Assembly (NCBI GenBank): GCA_031406795.1
Contig: JANOHV010000244.1
Span: forward strand, 1 to 49,592
Direction: 5' to 3'
Source of the DNA: Candidatus Rokuibacteriota bacterium
Lineage (GTDB): Bacteria; JAUVQV01; DATDCY01
Length of the DNA: 49,592 bases
Shown: positions 1 through 10,600 of the stretch, one piece after another
Layout: each line of letters begins with the position of its first letter
Numbering within the stretch: position 1 is the first letter of the stretch
The notes under the pieces: generated by a model
The model's input: the letters and a program-made list of their open reading frames with translations, nothing else
Database searches by the model: none
What the model was told of the DNA's origin: nothing
Made by a program: the position numbers and the translations under genes

Positions 1-54
1 GCGGGGGGGCGGGTTAACCCCTTGGATTGCCTACAGACCTACCTCGGCAAATTT

Positions 55-840
55 CTAGTTGCGGAACCGCTGGGGCGCCCCGTGCATCTGCGCGAGGAAT
101 ACGTGCTTGTAGTGCTCGCGATGGTCGACGAAATCCTTGAAGAGCAGGGTGGGGTGCATGAGCGATTGCAGGCTGTTCGTCCTGTGCAGAAGCGACCCGC
201 GTTTTTGGCGAATGAAATGCACGGTTCCGGGGACAATCTTGTGGAGCGCGCCCCACCTGATGGCCTCGGCGTTCCAGCACCAGTCCTCGTAGCCGAGCTG
301 TTTGTCCAGGTGGGAGGACGGATACGGATGGGCGCGGCAGAACTCCCGACGGGCAAAGCACAGCGCTGTCCAGTAGTTGCTCGTCGTCAGAGTCAGGAGG
401 TCGAACGCGGGGTCCTCCATGTCGATATGCGTGAAGATATGCGGCTCATGTCCGAAGTAAAGATTTGCTTCCGGGTGCCAGATGACCTCCCGCTGCTCCG
501 CCGTTGCCGCCTTGTGGCTGGCCACAAGCCAGTTGGGACTCCAGATGTCGTCTGCGTCAAGAAAGGCTATCCATTGCCCCCGCGCCTCCTCGACGCCCGC
601 ATTGCGGGACTGGCCGAGATCATCGGGTGAGATGGTGAGCAAAGTGAGATCGGGAACGTTGCAGGCTTTGAAGTATTCCGCAGTTTCGCGGGTTGGCAGG
701 TCTTGCATGACGAGGATTTCCACCGTCAATCCGGCCTGCGCGGCTTGCGACCTGGCCTGCGCCACGCCCAGGACGGTCGGGTGGGCCAGTATGCCCTCGC
801 TGTGAGCGTTCAAGACCACCGTAATATCGATTTTGCTCAT
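55..840 (-). CDS. GT2-family glycosyltransferase
   Basis: ITVVLNAH first strand, SRNAGVEEARGQWIAFLDADD (DxD), GYEDW motif. Confidence 0.88.
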   Translation of the reverse strand: MSKIDITVVLNAHSEGILAHPTVLGVAQARSQAAQAGLTVEILVMQDLPTRETAEYFKACNVPDLTLLTISPDDLGQSRNAGVEEARGQWIAFLDADDIWSPNWLVASHKAATAEQREVIWHPEANLYFGHEPHIFTHIDMEDPAFDLLTLTTSNYWTALCFARREFCRAHPYPSSHLDKQLGYEDWCWNAEAIRWGALHKIVPGTVHFIRQKRGSLLHRTNSLQSLMHPTLLFKDFVDHREHYKHVFLAQMHGAPQRFRN

Positions 841-858
841 GTGGGTCCTCGGTGAGGG

Positions 859-3024
859 TCAATCAATGAAGGAAGGGCTCTGGGACAGACAAGCCATATA
901 GCTCTCCCAGGAATGCCTCGTGGCGATGCGTTGACGGAGAACCCTGGCCTTCTCACTCGACCGGGTTGGGTCGCTCTGGATACGTTCGAGCGCCTCGGCG
1001 TAGCCGTCGGCGGCGACGAAGTTGTGAACTGGCCAGCCAGTCGTATCGTCGATCAACTCCACGATGGCGTCCAGACCCGAGGCGACGACGGGAACCTCCA
1101 ACGTCCCCGCAGCGATCAGTGCATTGGGCAGGTCATCCTGGAGAGAGGTATACAGAAACGCCTGGTAATTGGCGACCGGGATGGCTCCCATGTCGCTGCA
1201 CGGTCCCTTCACCAGCACATTTGGCGGAGCCTCTTCGCTCATCATGCTCTTAAACTTTTTGTCGCAGGTTCCGTAAACATCGAAAGTGAAGCCAGGACAT
1301 CTGCGGGCAATCTCGAGAAGCAGCTGCGGATTCCTCTGATGGCAGATGCGCCCGGCCCAGAACACACGAAATGTGCCGTCTTCTGGCGGCGGAGGGTATG
1401 GTTTGCAGCCAGCGGGCAGCATCGTCGTCTCCCAAGGCTGGTACAACGTGTCGAGCTTGGGGAAGTACATCGGGGGGATGCCGAACCGCTGCTTCAAATC
1501 GCACAAGAAAGCGGCATTGTCCGTATAGATTCTCCTCAGATGCGGTAGACAGTCGCGAAAGAACTCCGCCGCATAGCCGCCAAACCCGCTTTCCGAGTCG
1601 GCGTCGTGCTGGAAAAGCATCGCGTAGAGATCGGTGGTATGGGAGAGAGGAGCGCCGAACAGCATGAAGACTTCCCAGCACGCCCGGCTGTTCACGTTGA
1701 GCACGGCTTTGGGCCACAGGGTCTGGATGAGGGTTCTCACGATCATCATCCGGGCCCAGGGGCTGAGATCCCGATCATGGGCCGAGAGCGTCCTGAGATG
1801 GGTGCCGGCGGGCAGCCAATGCTTCAGGGGGAGCAGATCCTGGTCGGTGATCACGAGCAGAACGGCGTCGGTGCCATGGCGTTCCTGGGCCGCACGAAGA
1901 GCATGGATGGCCTCAAGGTCCGCCTCTTCGTGGGTCAGTCCGCGGATGAAGACGATATGGTCAAAGCTGTGATCGAGGGAGAGAAACAGCTTCCTGAAGG
2001 CAGGATAGTAAGGCGGCAGGCCCTGGTCGCGCGCGTCGACCCTCAAGACGGACAACTGATCGGGAGTGATCTGCTGAAGCAGCGGTTCGGCCCACTTCAC
2101 CTTTTCGAGCGCCGCGATGACCGTATGCCGCTTCTTCTGGATCGCCTTCAGATAATGTGCGAGAGGATTCGTTCCGAGTGCGGCGACGTCGGGGTATGCC
2201 GTCAGATACTTGGCGGTATCGAAGTGCGGGCCGGGATTGCGTCGCTCGGCAACGCCCCACCTCACATAGTGCTCGAGAGGATTGACCCCGCTGGTGACGA
2301 CATCCGGGTAGGAGGACAAGTACCAGTCCGTGTCAAACAGGGGATTGGGGTCACGTCCTTCGGCGGCGCCGCTTCGCAGGTAGTGTGACAGCGGATTCAC
2401 CCCGGCGGCGGCGACATCCGGATACATGGACAAGTACCAATCCGTGTCAAACAGGGGATGGGGGTCGCGTCCTTCAGCGGCGCCTTGTCGCAGGTAGTGC
2501 AAGAGCGGATTCGTCCCGGCAACGGCGACCTCCGGATTCGTGGACAAGTACCAGGCTGCGTCAAACAGGGGATGGGGGTCGCAGCCTTCGGCGGCTCCTT
2601 GTCGCAGGTAGTGGGACAGCGGATTCATCCCGGCGGCGGCGACATCCGGATACCTGGACAAGTACCAATCCGTGTCAAACAGAGGATGGGGGTCGCGTCC
2701 TTCAGCGGCGCCGCTTCGCAGGTAGTGTAACAGCGGATCCACCCCGGCGGCGGCGACATCCGGATACGTGAACAAGTACCAGGCCGTGCCAAACAGGGGG
2801 TTGGGGTCGCGTCCCTCGGAGACTCCGAGCGCGAGGTAGTGAGACAGCGGGTCCGTTCCGGTCGGTGCGACGTCAGGGTAGTGGGACAGATACCACGTCC
2901 CGTCAAAAAGGCCTGACTCCACAATGGCGGTGGCCTGTTGTTTTCGGCTGCCCCTCCAGGGAAACAAACCGGTCCACCCCAGATGACGTCCCCCTGGCGC
3001 CGGCTTATCCGATGGTAACGTCAT
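859..3024 (-). CDS. GT4-like glycosyltransferase with N-terminal 38-aa tandem repeats
   Basis: C-terminal VFWAGRICHQRNP...AFLYTSLQDDLPNALIAA...VPVVAS resembles GT-B fold; start uncertain (ATG 3024, in-frame alternatives at 3105/3108). Confidence 0.82.
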   Translation of the reverse strand: MTLPSDKPAPGGRHLGWTGLFPWRGSRKQQATAIVESGLFDGTWYLSHYPDVAPTGTDPLSHYLALGVSEGRDPNPLFGTAWYLFTYPDVAAAGVDPLLHYLRSGAAEGRDPHPLFDTDWYLSRYPDVAAAGMNPLSHYLRQGAAEGCDPHPLFDAAWYLSTNPEVAVAGTNPLLHYLRQGAAEGRDPHPLFDTDWYLSMYPDVAAAGVNPLSHYLRSGAAEGRDPNPLFDTDWYLSSYPDVVTSGVNPLEHYVRWGVAERRNPGPHFDTAKYLTAYPDVAALGTNPLAHYLKAIQKKRHTVIAALEKVKWAEPLLQQITPDQLSVLRVDARDQGLPPYYPAFRKLFLSLDHSFDHIVFIRGLTHEEADLEAIHALRAAQERHGTDAVLLVITDQDLLPLKHWLPAGTHLRTLSAHDRDLSPWARMMIVRTLIQTLWPKAVLNVNSRACWEVFMLFGAPLSHTTDLYAMLFQHDADSESGFGGYAAEFFRDCLPHLRRIYTDNAAFLCDLKQRFGIPPMYFPKLDTLYQPWETTMLPAGCKPYPPPPEDGTFRVFWAGRICHQRNPQLLLEIARRCPGFTFDVYGTCDKKFKSMMSEEAPPNVLVKGPCSDMGAIPVANYQAFLYTSLQDDLPNALIAAGTLEVPVVASGLDAIVELIDDTTGWPVHNFVAADGYAEALERIQSDPTRSSEKARVLRQRIATRHSWESYMACLSQSPSFID
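2146..2910 (-). repeat. Intragenic tandem repeat, 114-bp (38-aa) unit, six full copies plus one partial
   Basis: Consensus LFDTDWYLSxYPDVAAAGxNPLxHYLRxGAAEGRDPxP; aaacaggggatgggggtc recurs at 2449 and 2563 (114 bp apart). Confidence 0.97.
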
Positions 3025-3256
3025 GTTTTCGTTCTTCCTCAAGCAGTTCAGGCTCGAAGTTACCCACGTTTGTGGACGAGCAATGGCTATTTTCAATGAA
3101 CACAACATACCTCCTTTCGCGCTCGGGGTGGCGATGAATCTCCGGCCTGCGGCATCTGGCCGTTCGGCCTTTTCTCCGGAGGGCCCTTGCCCGGATACCG
3201 GCGGAAGCGACGGGTGCACCTGCCGGTGCGTCTGGAAGAAAGGGGCGTTTCTTGTT

Positions 3257-4729
3257 ATGATCAACGACGTGGAACATGAGCGTTTACCGGGGTTTGAGGG
3301 TGATTCAACGGAGCAACACCACGCGGGGCGGTCGGATCGCGCGTCGGCAGCGCTGCCCGCCGGGCGTGAGAAGCAGCCACGGTGGCGCAGCTACGTCAAC
3401 AGGATCATCTCTTCCGAAATTTCAGCCATTTCCCGCTACTACGATCGATTGTTCCAGCTCGCGCCTCGTCCCGAGGACACCGGGTACCTGCTCTCGCTGG
3501 TCGATTGCCCGAACAAGGGCGTGGTCGCCACGCTCGAGGATCTTCCCTCCCTGCGCGACGAGAGCCGCACCCGTTCCGCCATTCTGCTGAACGGCAACTT
3601 CAATTACAGCTTCGACATTCAAGGCACTCTCGAGCAGTTGCATGATCGGCTTTGCCGCACCTCCCGCGTGCTGGTTGTCGCCTACAACCCGTATCTGCGG
3701 CATCTCTACTGGCTCGCCAATCTGCTGGGATTGCGCAAAGGCGCACTGTCCGATACGTTCGTGACGCAGACCGACCTGGAGAACATCGCCGAAATCAGCG
3801 GATTCGAACTCGTCCGCTACCGATTCATGGGGTATTGCCCCTTTTCCCTTCTCGGCCTCGGGACTGCGCTGAACAGGATTCTCCCGGCAGTTCCGCTGCT
3901 GCGCTGGTTCCATCTCGCCGCCCTGGTGGTGCTGCGGCCGCGGATCCCGAGCCCGGAGAAGCCATCGCTGTCGATCGTGATTCCCTGCCGCAACGAACGC
4001 GGAAATATCGAGCCGGCCCTGCAACGGCTGCCGGAATTTGCCGGGACCGCGGTCGAGGTGATCTTCGTCGAAGGCCACTCGAACGACGGGACCTGGCAGG
4101 AGATCCAGCGACTCCTGCCGCTGGCTTCCGGGGCCTTCACCGTACGCGCCGCTCAACAAACCGGCAAGGGCAAGGTCGACGCGGTTCGCCTGGGCTTTTC
4201 GCTGGCCTCCGGGGACCTATTGACGATCCTCGACGCCGACCTGACGATGCCGCCGGAGTTGCTCCCCCGTTTCTACGAGGCCTGGCGGCAGGGCCACGCC
4301 GACTTCATCAACGGCAGCCGGCTCGTCTACCCCATGGAAGGCGAGGCCATGCGCTTTCTCAACCGGCTCGGGAACATCTTCTTCTCCAAGGCGCTCAGCC
4401 ACGTGCTCGGCAGGAGACTCGGCGACTCCCTCTGCGGCACGAAGCTGCTCGCTCGCCACGACTATCAGCGGATCTGTCGCTGGCGCGACGATTTTGGCGA
4501 CTTCGACCCCTTCGGCGACTACGAACTCCTGTTCCCCGCCGCGGCGATCGGTCTGGGCATCGTGGACATCCCGATCCGCTACCGGGCGCGCTCCTACGGT
4601 TCCACGAATATCAGTCGGTTCAGGCACGGATTGATGCTGTTGCGCATGACGGCCTTCGGCTTCATACACCTCTCCCTCGGCCAGAGCCTTCGAACTCGCG
4701 CGGCCTCCGAAGACCGAACCGCTTCATGA
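3257..4729 (+). CDS. GT2 (polyprenol-phosphate glycosyltransferase-like) fused to a degenerate methyltransferase-like N-terminal domain
   Basis: LSIVIPCRNERGNI, FVEGHSNDGT, GKVDAVRLG, TILDADLT, DSLCGTK; start chosen at ATG 3257 and uncertain. Confidence 0.85.
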   Translation: MINDVEHERLPGFEGDSTEQHHAGRSDRASAALPAGREKQPRWRSYVNRIISSEISAISRYYDRLFQLAPRPEDTGYLLSLVDCPNKGVVATLEDLPSLRDESRTRSAILLNGNFNYSFDIQGTLEQLHDRLCRTSRVLVVAYNPYLRHLYWLANLLGLRKGALSDTFVTQTDLENIAEISGFELVRYRFMGYCPFSLLGLGTALNRILPAVPLLRWFHLAALVVLRPRIPSPEKPSLSIVIPCRNERGNIEPALQRLPEFAGTAVEVIFVEGHSNDGTWQEIQRLLPLASGAFTVRAAQQTGKGKVDAVRLGFSLASGDLLTILDADLTMPPELLPRFYEAWRQGHADFINGSRLVYPMEGEAMRFLNRLGNIFFSKALSHVLGRRLGDSLCGTKLLARHDYQRICRWRDDFGDFDPFGDYELLFPAAAIGLGIVDIPIRYRARSYGSTNISRFRHGLMLLRMTAFGFIHLSLGQSLRTRAASEDRTAS

Positions 4730-5568
4730 CCGGGGATCATGCCCGACGGCCCGCGGGCGCTGCCGTCCTGCCTGGTTCGTTCGCTCCGACCGACCCGGAC
4801 TCCGCGCTGGTCACCGAGGCGCATCGGGGCCTGATCAGAAGCAAGTCCTTCCTGCGGCGCATCTACCTCGAGCACTACCGCTTTTTCGCGGACGAAATCG
4901 CCTCGGTCCCCCCGGGGGCGATCATCGAACTCGGGAGCGGCGGCGGCTTCGCGGGCGACATCATCCCCGGGATCGTCACGACGGACGTCGTGCCCCTGTC
5001 GACGATCCAGGCCGTGCTGTCGGCCGTCCAACTGCCCTTCAGGGACCGGTCGGTGAGCGCGCTGGTGATGATCAACGTCCTGCACCACATCCAGGATGTC
5101 GAGCGATTCTTCTCCGAGGCCGCGCGCTGCCTGGTTCCCGGCGGCAAGATCGTCATGGTCGAACCGGCGAATACCCGGTTTTCGCGTTTCTTCTACACCC
5201 GTCTTCATCACGAGCCCTTCGACCCTGGCATGGAAGGGTGGCGACTGCCGGCAGGCGGCAGGTTGTCGGCGGCGAACGACGCCCTGCCCAGCATCATCTT
5301 CGAACGCGATGCCGCCCTGTTCCGAGAGCGCTTCCCCGAGTTGACGATCGAGCGCTACGAACCCACGCTGCCGTTCAGCTATATCATCAGCGGCGGGGTC
5401 TCCCGCTGGGCGCTTCTGCCGGGGTGCGCCTACAACTTCGTCCGCACCCTGGAGCGGTCGTTCGGATCACTGAACGCATGCTGCGGCATGTTCGTCAAGA
5501 TCGTTCTGCGGCGCACGAACATCGTCCGAGCAGGCTTTACCAAACCCGGTGTTGGTGTTACAACCTGA
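4726..5568 (+). CDS. Class I SAM-dependent methyltransferase
   Basis: IIELGSGGG, LPFRDRSVSALVMINVLHH, LVPGGKIVMVEP; ATGA overlap with upstream stop. Confidence 0.9.
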   Translation: MTGDHARRPAGAAVLPGSFAPTDPDSALVTEAHRGLIRSKSFLRRIYLEHYRFFADEIASVPPGAIIELGSGGGFAGDIIPGIVTTDVVPLSTIQAVLSAVQLPFRDRSVSALVMINVLHHIQDVERFFSEAARCLVPGGKIVMVEPANTRFSRFFYTRLHHEPFDPGMEGWRLPAGGRLSAANDALPSIIFERDAALFRERFPELTIERYEPTLPFSYIISGGVSRWALLPGCAYNFVRTLERSFGSLNACCGMFVKIVLRRTNIVRAGFTKPGVGVTT

Positions 5569-5587
5569 CGACAAAAGCAGACGGACG

Positions 5588-6445
5588 ATGCTCATGACAA
5601 ACGAGGATAATCTGGAAATCACGGTCAGGCCGGGCTTTTGGCGCTCCGGATTGCGCATTCTGGGGTCGTGGTTCGCCAACCGCCAGCTGGCGGCGGCTTT
5701 GATCCGGCGCGAGATCCTGACGCGCTATCGCGGCTCGGTGCTCGGCATGCTCTGGTCCATCCTCAGCCCGCTGGTGCTGCTGTTGACCTACACGCTGGTG
5801 TTTTCCGTGTTCTTCCGCAGCAAGTGGGGCGAGGGTCTCGACTGGCCGGGTTCGTTCACCGTGATGCTCTTCTGCGGCATGATTCCGTTCAATTTCTTCA
5901 GTGATGTGATCTCCCGCTCGCCGACGCTCATCCTCGGCTCGCCCAATTATGTCAAGCGCGTCGCCTTCCCCGTGGAACTGCTGCCGATCGTCGGCATCGC
6001 CGCCGCCCTCTTCAATGCCGTGATCAGCACCATCCTGCTCCTGGCCGCCATCCTGCTGCTGAAAGGTTCGTGGCCGCTCACCCTGGCGGCGATGCCGCTG
6101 ATCTGGCTGCCGCTGATCGTGTTCACCCTCGCCGTCTCGCTGGTGCTGGCGGCGGCTTCGGTGTTCCTGCGGGATCTCCAGCACACGGTCGGCCTGCTGC
6201 TGAACGTGCTCTTCTTCCTGACGCCGGTCTTCTACTCGGAGACGCTGATCCCCGTAAAGCTGCGGTTCCTGCTCTACGTCAACCCGATGGCCTACGTCGC
6301 GGTGCACTCGCGCCGGATCGCCGTGTTGGGGATCTGGCCGGACATGCTGCGGCTGGCGGTGTTCACGGCGCTCTGCCTGCTGCTGCTCTGGCTCGCCGCC
6401 TCCTGGTTCGCCTCGGTCCGACGGAGATTCGCCGATGTCCTCTGA
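5588..6445 (+). CDS. wzm: ABC-2 polysaccharide export permease
   Basis: REILTRYRGSVLGMLWSILSPL, YVKRVAFP, LRDLQH, FFLTPVFY, NPM, RRRFADVL. Confidence 0.93.
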   Translation: MLMTNEDNLEITVRPGFWRSGLRILGSWFANRQLAAALIRREILTRYRGSVLGMLWSILSPLVLLLTYTLVFSVFFRSKWGEGLDWPGSFTVMLFCGMIPFNFFSDVISRSPTLILGSPNYVKRVAFPVELLPIVGIAAALFNAVISTILLLAAILLLKGSWPLTLAAMPLIWLPLIVFTLAVSLVLAAASVFLRDLQHTVGLLLNVLFFLTPVFYSETLIPVKLRFLLYVNPMAYVAVHSRRIAVLGIWPDMLRLAVFTALCLLLLWLAASWFASVRRRFADVL

Positions 6446-7658
6446 GCCCGCGGTGCAGCCGGCAATCAGGGTCGAGCACGTCGGCAAGTTCTATCCCGCC
6501 TCCTCGCCGCGCAGCCTGCTGCGCTATCTCTGGCCGGGGCGGATCGTGCGCCGGCCGACCGACTTTCAGGCGCTCAGCGACATTTCGTTCGAGGTGCGGC
6601 CAGGGCAGGTTTTCGGCCTGATCGGCGCCAACGGCAGCGGCAAGTCGACCCTGCTGCAGATCATCGCCGGCCTGCTGGAGCCGTCGACGGGCGGCGTGTG
6701 GACCGCGGGCAAGGTCGTGGCCCTGCTGGAACTCGGGGCCGGGTTCAACCCGGAATTCACCGGCCGCGAAAACGTCCGGCTCGCTGGCTCGATCTTCGGA
6801 TTCTCGAACGAGGAGATCCAGGCTCGGCTCGGGGATATCGTGGATTTCGCGGCCATCGGCGAGCATCTGGATCACCCGGTCAAGACGTATTCCTCGGGGA
6901 TGTTCGCGCGTCTGGCGTTTTCGGTGTCCGTGCACATCGATCCGCGGATCCTGCTCGTGGACGAGATCCTGTCGGTCGGCGACGTCGGCTTCCAGGCGCG
7001 CTGTTTCCGGCGCATCGAGCGGATGAAGGAGAGCGGCACGACCATCGTTCTTGTCTCGCACGACGTCAATACCGTGCAGATGCTCTGCGACGAGGCGATC
7101 CTGCTCGAGGGCGGCCGCCTCCGGCAGCAGGGACGGCCGAAAGAGGTCGTTGAAAGCTATTTGAACCTGATGTCGGATCAGGCGTTCAGCGTCCACGGCG
7201 CCGTCGAGGAACCTGGCCCCCGGCCGCAGGTGCACATCGGCCCGGTCGGCATGTTCGATGCTCGGGGCAACCCGGCCAGTCGACTGCGCGCCGGCGAACC
7301 GTGCCACGTCGGCTGCACGATCACGTTCGAGCACCCGGTCGCGGAAGCGGTGATCAGCATGCAGGTCAAGAACCTGTTGGGGATCGTCGTGTATGACCTG
7401 ACTACGCAATACCTCGGCCGCCACCTCCCCCCGGCGCGTGCCGGCGAGCAGTGGAGCCTCGCGTTTCCGATGATGCTGAACCTCTGCCCCGGGCCGTACC
7501 GTTTCGGGATCGGGGTCTCGGCGTTGATCAACGATCTGCCGGTCGCGCTGAGCGGCACCGAGGCGCTGGCATTCGAGGTCATCTCGGACCGTCCGGCGTT
7601 CGGCCTGGCCGATCTGCGGGGTGATATCGTCCTCACGCCCGGCGGGGGTGTGCGCTGA
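6435..7658 (+). CDS. wzt: Polysaccharide ABC transporter ATP-binding protein with C-terminal Wzt carbohydrate-binding domain
   Basis: GANGSGKS, YSSGMFARLAF, LLVDE, VSHD; beta-rich C-terminal extension with LNLCPGPYRF. Confidence 0.93.
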   Translation: MSSEPAVQPAIRVEHVGKFYPASSPRSLLRYLWPGRIVRRPTDFQALSDISFEVRPGQVFGLIGANGSGKSTLLQIIAGLLEPSTGGVWTAGKVVALLELGAGFNPEFTGRENVRLAGSIFGFSNEEIQARLGDIVDFAAIGEHLDHPVKTYSSGMFARLAFSVSVHIDPRILLVDEILSVGDVGFQARCFRRIERMKESGTTIVLVSHDVNTVQMLCDEAILLEGGRLRQQGRPKEVVESYLNLMSDQAFSVHGAVEEPGPRPQVHIGPVGMFDARGNPASRLRAGEPCHVGCTITFEHPVAEAVISMQVKNLLGIVVYDLTTQYLGRHLPPARAGEQWSLAFPMMLNLCPGPYRFGIGVSALINDLPVALSGTEALAFEVISDRPAFGLADLRGDIVLTPGGGVR

Positions 7659-10600
7659 ACGGGGGGGGCGAGCCGACGCGCGCTGCCGCACCGCGCGTCT
7701 CGATCATCGTGCCGGCGCACAACTGCCCCGAGCTGACCGAGGCCTGCCTGCTCTCCGTCGCGCGCCACACGTTCATCCCTCACGAGGTGCTGCTCGTCGA
7801 CGACGCCAGCGACGAGCCGGCGGCCGCGGTGTTCCGGCGGCTGGCAGTCGGGCCGGTGCGCCTGCTGCACAACGAGGTGCGCCGCAGCTTCAGCGCGAAC
7901 AACAACCTCGCCGCTCGCGAGGCCCGCGGCGAGTACCTGTGCCTGCTCAACAACGACACGCTCGTCACGCCGGGGTGGCTCGAGGCGCTGATCGCGGTGC
8001 TCGAGCGCGAACCGGACATCGGCGTGCTCGGCAACAAGCAGCTCTTCCCGGACCGTCCCGGGCTGCACCACGCGGGGATGGCCTTCGATCAGCGCGGCTT
8101 CCCGATTCACCTGCACCCGCACTCGGATGCCGCCGCCCCTGCCGTGAACTACCAGCGCGACGTGCCGTGCGTGACGTTTGCGTGCGTGGCGATACCGGCT
8201 GCGGTCTATCGTCGCCTCGACGGGCTCGACGAAACTTACCGGAACGGCTTCGAGGACTGCGATTTCTGCCTGCGCGCGCGCCGCTCCGGCCTGCGGGTGA
8301 GCTACACGCCGGCGAGCGTCATCAGCCACTACGGCCAGAAATCGCCGAACCGCACGCAGTTCGACGACGAGAACTGGCAGTTGTTCCAGAAGCGGCACCC
8401 GGAGCGCGAACGGGGTTCTCTGGAGCGGATCACCGGCGAGGACCAGGCCTACAACGCGCTGGTGCGCAGCCGGCCGCGCCGGTCGCCCGCCGCGCCGGAG
8501 GGCCTGCATTTCGCGGTCGATTTCACCGCGGGCAACGCGTTCGCCTGGGCCACGGTCTCGCTGATCGAGGCCTTGCAGGCCACGGATCCCGGCGTCGCCC
8601 TCAGTGTGCCGTGGAGTCCGAGGGTTTCGCCCTCGATCCCGGCGGCGCAGCGGCGCCTGCTGCAGGGCCTGATGAAGAAGCAGCCGTGCGGCACCTGGCA
8701 CGTGAAGTGGTCCCACTACTGGGCCGCCCACCTCAAGCAGGAGCTCTTCGGCGAAGTGAATGCGGAATTCTTCTGCACGAACTACCGCTGCGGCCCGGGG
8801 CGGCACGGGCTGGATGCCTGGCTGCGCAACGTCCAGGTCAACGGCTACCACAAGCTGCCGGTTTCCCGCTTCAACCTCGAGGCCTTGCAGGACATCGGCG
8901 TGCCCGAGCGCGATTGCGCCGTCATGCCGCTCGGCTATTCGCCGGAGATCGACCGCTGGGACCCGCAGCACTCGCGGTCTCCCGAGCGTCGCAAGAAGCA
9001 GCTGCTGCTGGTCACCAACTCTCACGATCTCTACCGCTACGGCACGGATCTGGCGCTCGCCGCGCTCGGCGCGGCCTTCGGACCCGACGACCCGGTGGTG
9101 CTGCACATCAAGGATTACGGCGCCGCCTCCGGCAGCCACCAGCTGCGCGCCTGGATCGCCGAGCAGCAGCGGTTCCCGCGGGTCGTCTGGCACAGCACTT
9201 TCCTGCCCAAGGAGGAGCTGATCCGCCTGTACGCGGGCATGGACGCGCTGCTTGCGCCGTATCGCGGCGAAGGGTTTTCGATGAAGGTGCTCGACGCCAT
9301 GGCGCTGGGCCTGCCGGTCTTCATGCCGGCCTTCGGTGGTCCGACGGAGTTCGCCGTGCCCGGCAGTTTCCTCGAGATCCCGTGGCGGCGCACGCCCGTG
9401 GGGCCGTGCCTCGACCGCGACCAGTTCTACCTCGGCGACGACGCGTGGTGGTGCGAACCGGATGCCACGGCGCTGGCCGAACAGCTGCGCGCCTGGGCGG
9501 CGGACGACGGTGCAGCGAGGCGGGCCGGCGCGGCGGCTGCGCAGCACGTCCGCGGCCGGTACACCTGGGCGAACGCGGCGCAGCGGTTGCTCGACACCCT
9601 GCGCGGTTGGCGTTCGCGCCAGCTCGTGAGTGTCAGTCTGCGCCGCCAGCCCGACGAGCGGCCGCTGAGCGTCGTGATCCCGACGAAGGAGCGCAACGAC
9701 ACGCTGGTCAAGACGCTCGAGGCCTATGCACGGCAGTCTCTGCCGGCGCAGGATTACGAGCTGATCATCGTCAACGACCATGCGCCGCGCGATCCCCTGG
9801 CGGCGGCTGTCGAACCCTTCCGCGAGCGGCTGCCGCTGCGCGTGCTGGACAATCCCGGTCCCGGAGGGCCGGCCGCCGCGCGCAATGCCGGCATCGAGCT
9901 GGCGCGCGGCGCGATCGTGCTGATCACCGGCGACGACATCGTGCCGGACCCGGAATTTCTGAAAGTCCACGTCGAGGCGCACCGGCGCTTCCCGCAACTG
10001 GAGACCGGCATGATCGGGCTGAACAAATGGCACCCGGATCTCCCGCTGACGACGTTCATGGACCACATCACGGGAAAGGGCGGCCAGCAATTCAATTACC
10101 GCGGGCTCGAGGACAACGGGCCGGCGGGATTCGACCGCTTCTATACCTCGAACTGCTCGCTCAAGCGCGCTTTTCTGCTCGAAGAGGCCGGTCTGTTCAG
10201 CACAGCGTACAGCCTGGCCGCGTACGAGGACGTGGAATTCGCGTACCGGCTGCATCTGCGGGGATTCACGCTGCGCTATCTGGCGGGCGCAATCGGCTAC
10301 CACGACCATGCGATGGCGCCGAAGAGCTTCCTCGAGCGGCAGGTGCGCACGGGCCGGATGCTCGCGCTGCTATCGGTGCAGCGGCCGTCCTACGTCCCCG
10401 ATGAGCACCTGGCGTTTCTGCGCGCGATGGACTTCGCCCTGCGGCAGTTCCGCGCGGGGCGCCGCCCGGCGCAGGCGCTGCCCCCGCCCCTGGGCGAGCC
10501 GCTTCTGGCCATCTACGAGTGGCTGCTCGCTCTCGAGCAGGTCAACGCCGGCCCGGATCCCGAGGCCCCGGCACTGCTGCATCAGGACGCCGCCGCGTGG

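Noticed and set aside
1..34. ggggcgggttaacccc...cctac resembling a degenerate GTAG REP
   Set aside because: Cut by the window edge and the right arm does not pair well
3652..4725. 5' extensions of ORF-track calls (for example 3652, 10519, 36316, 45987)
   Set aside because: They overlap upstream genes; downstream starts with stop-start coupling or family-consistent N-termini fit better
7178..10404. Very long alternative-frame ORFs (7178-10309 minus, 7621-10404 plus; likewise 25869-29213 and 30938-33709)
   Set aside because: Shadows of real genes caused by high-GC codon bias; Arg/Ala/Pro-rich with no motifs
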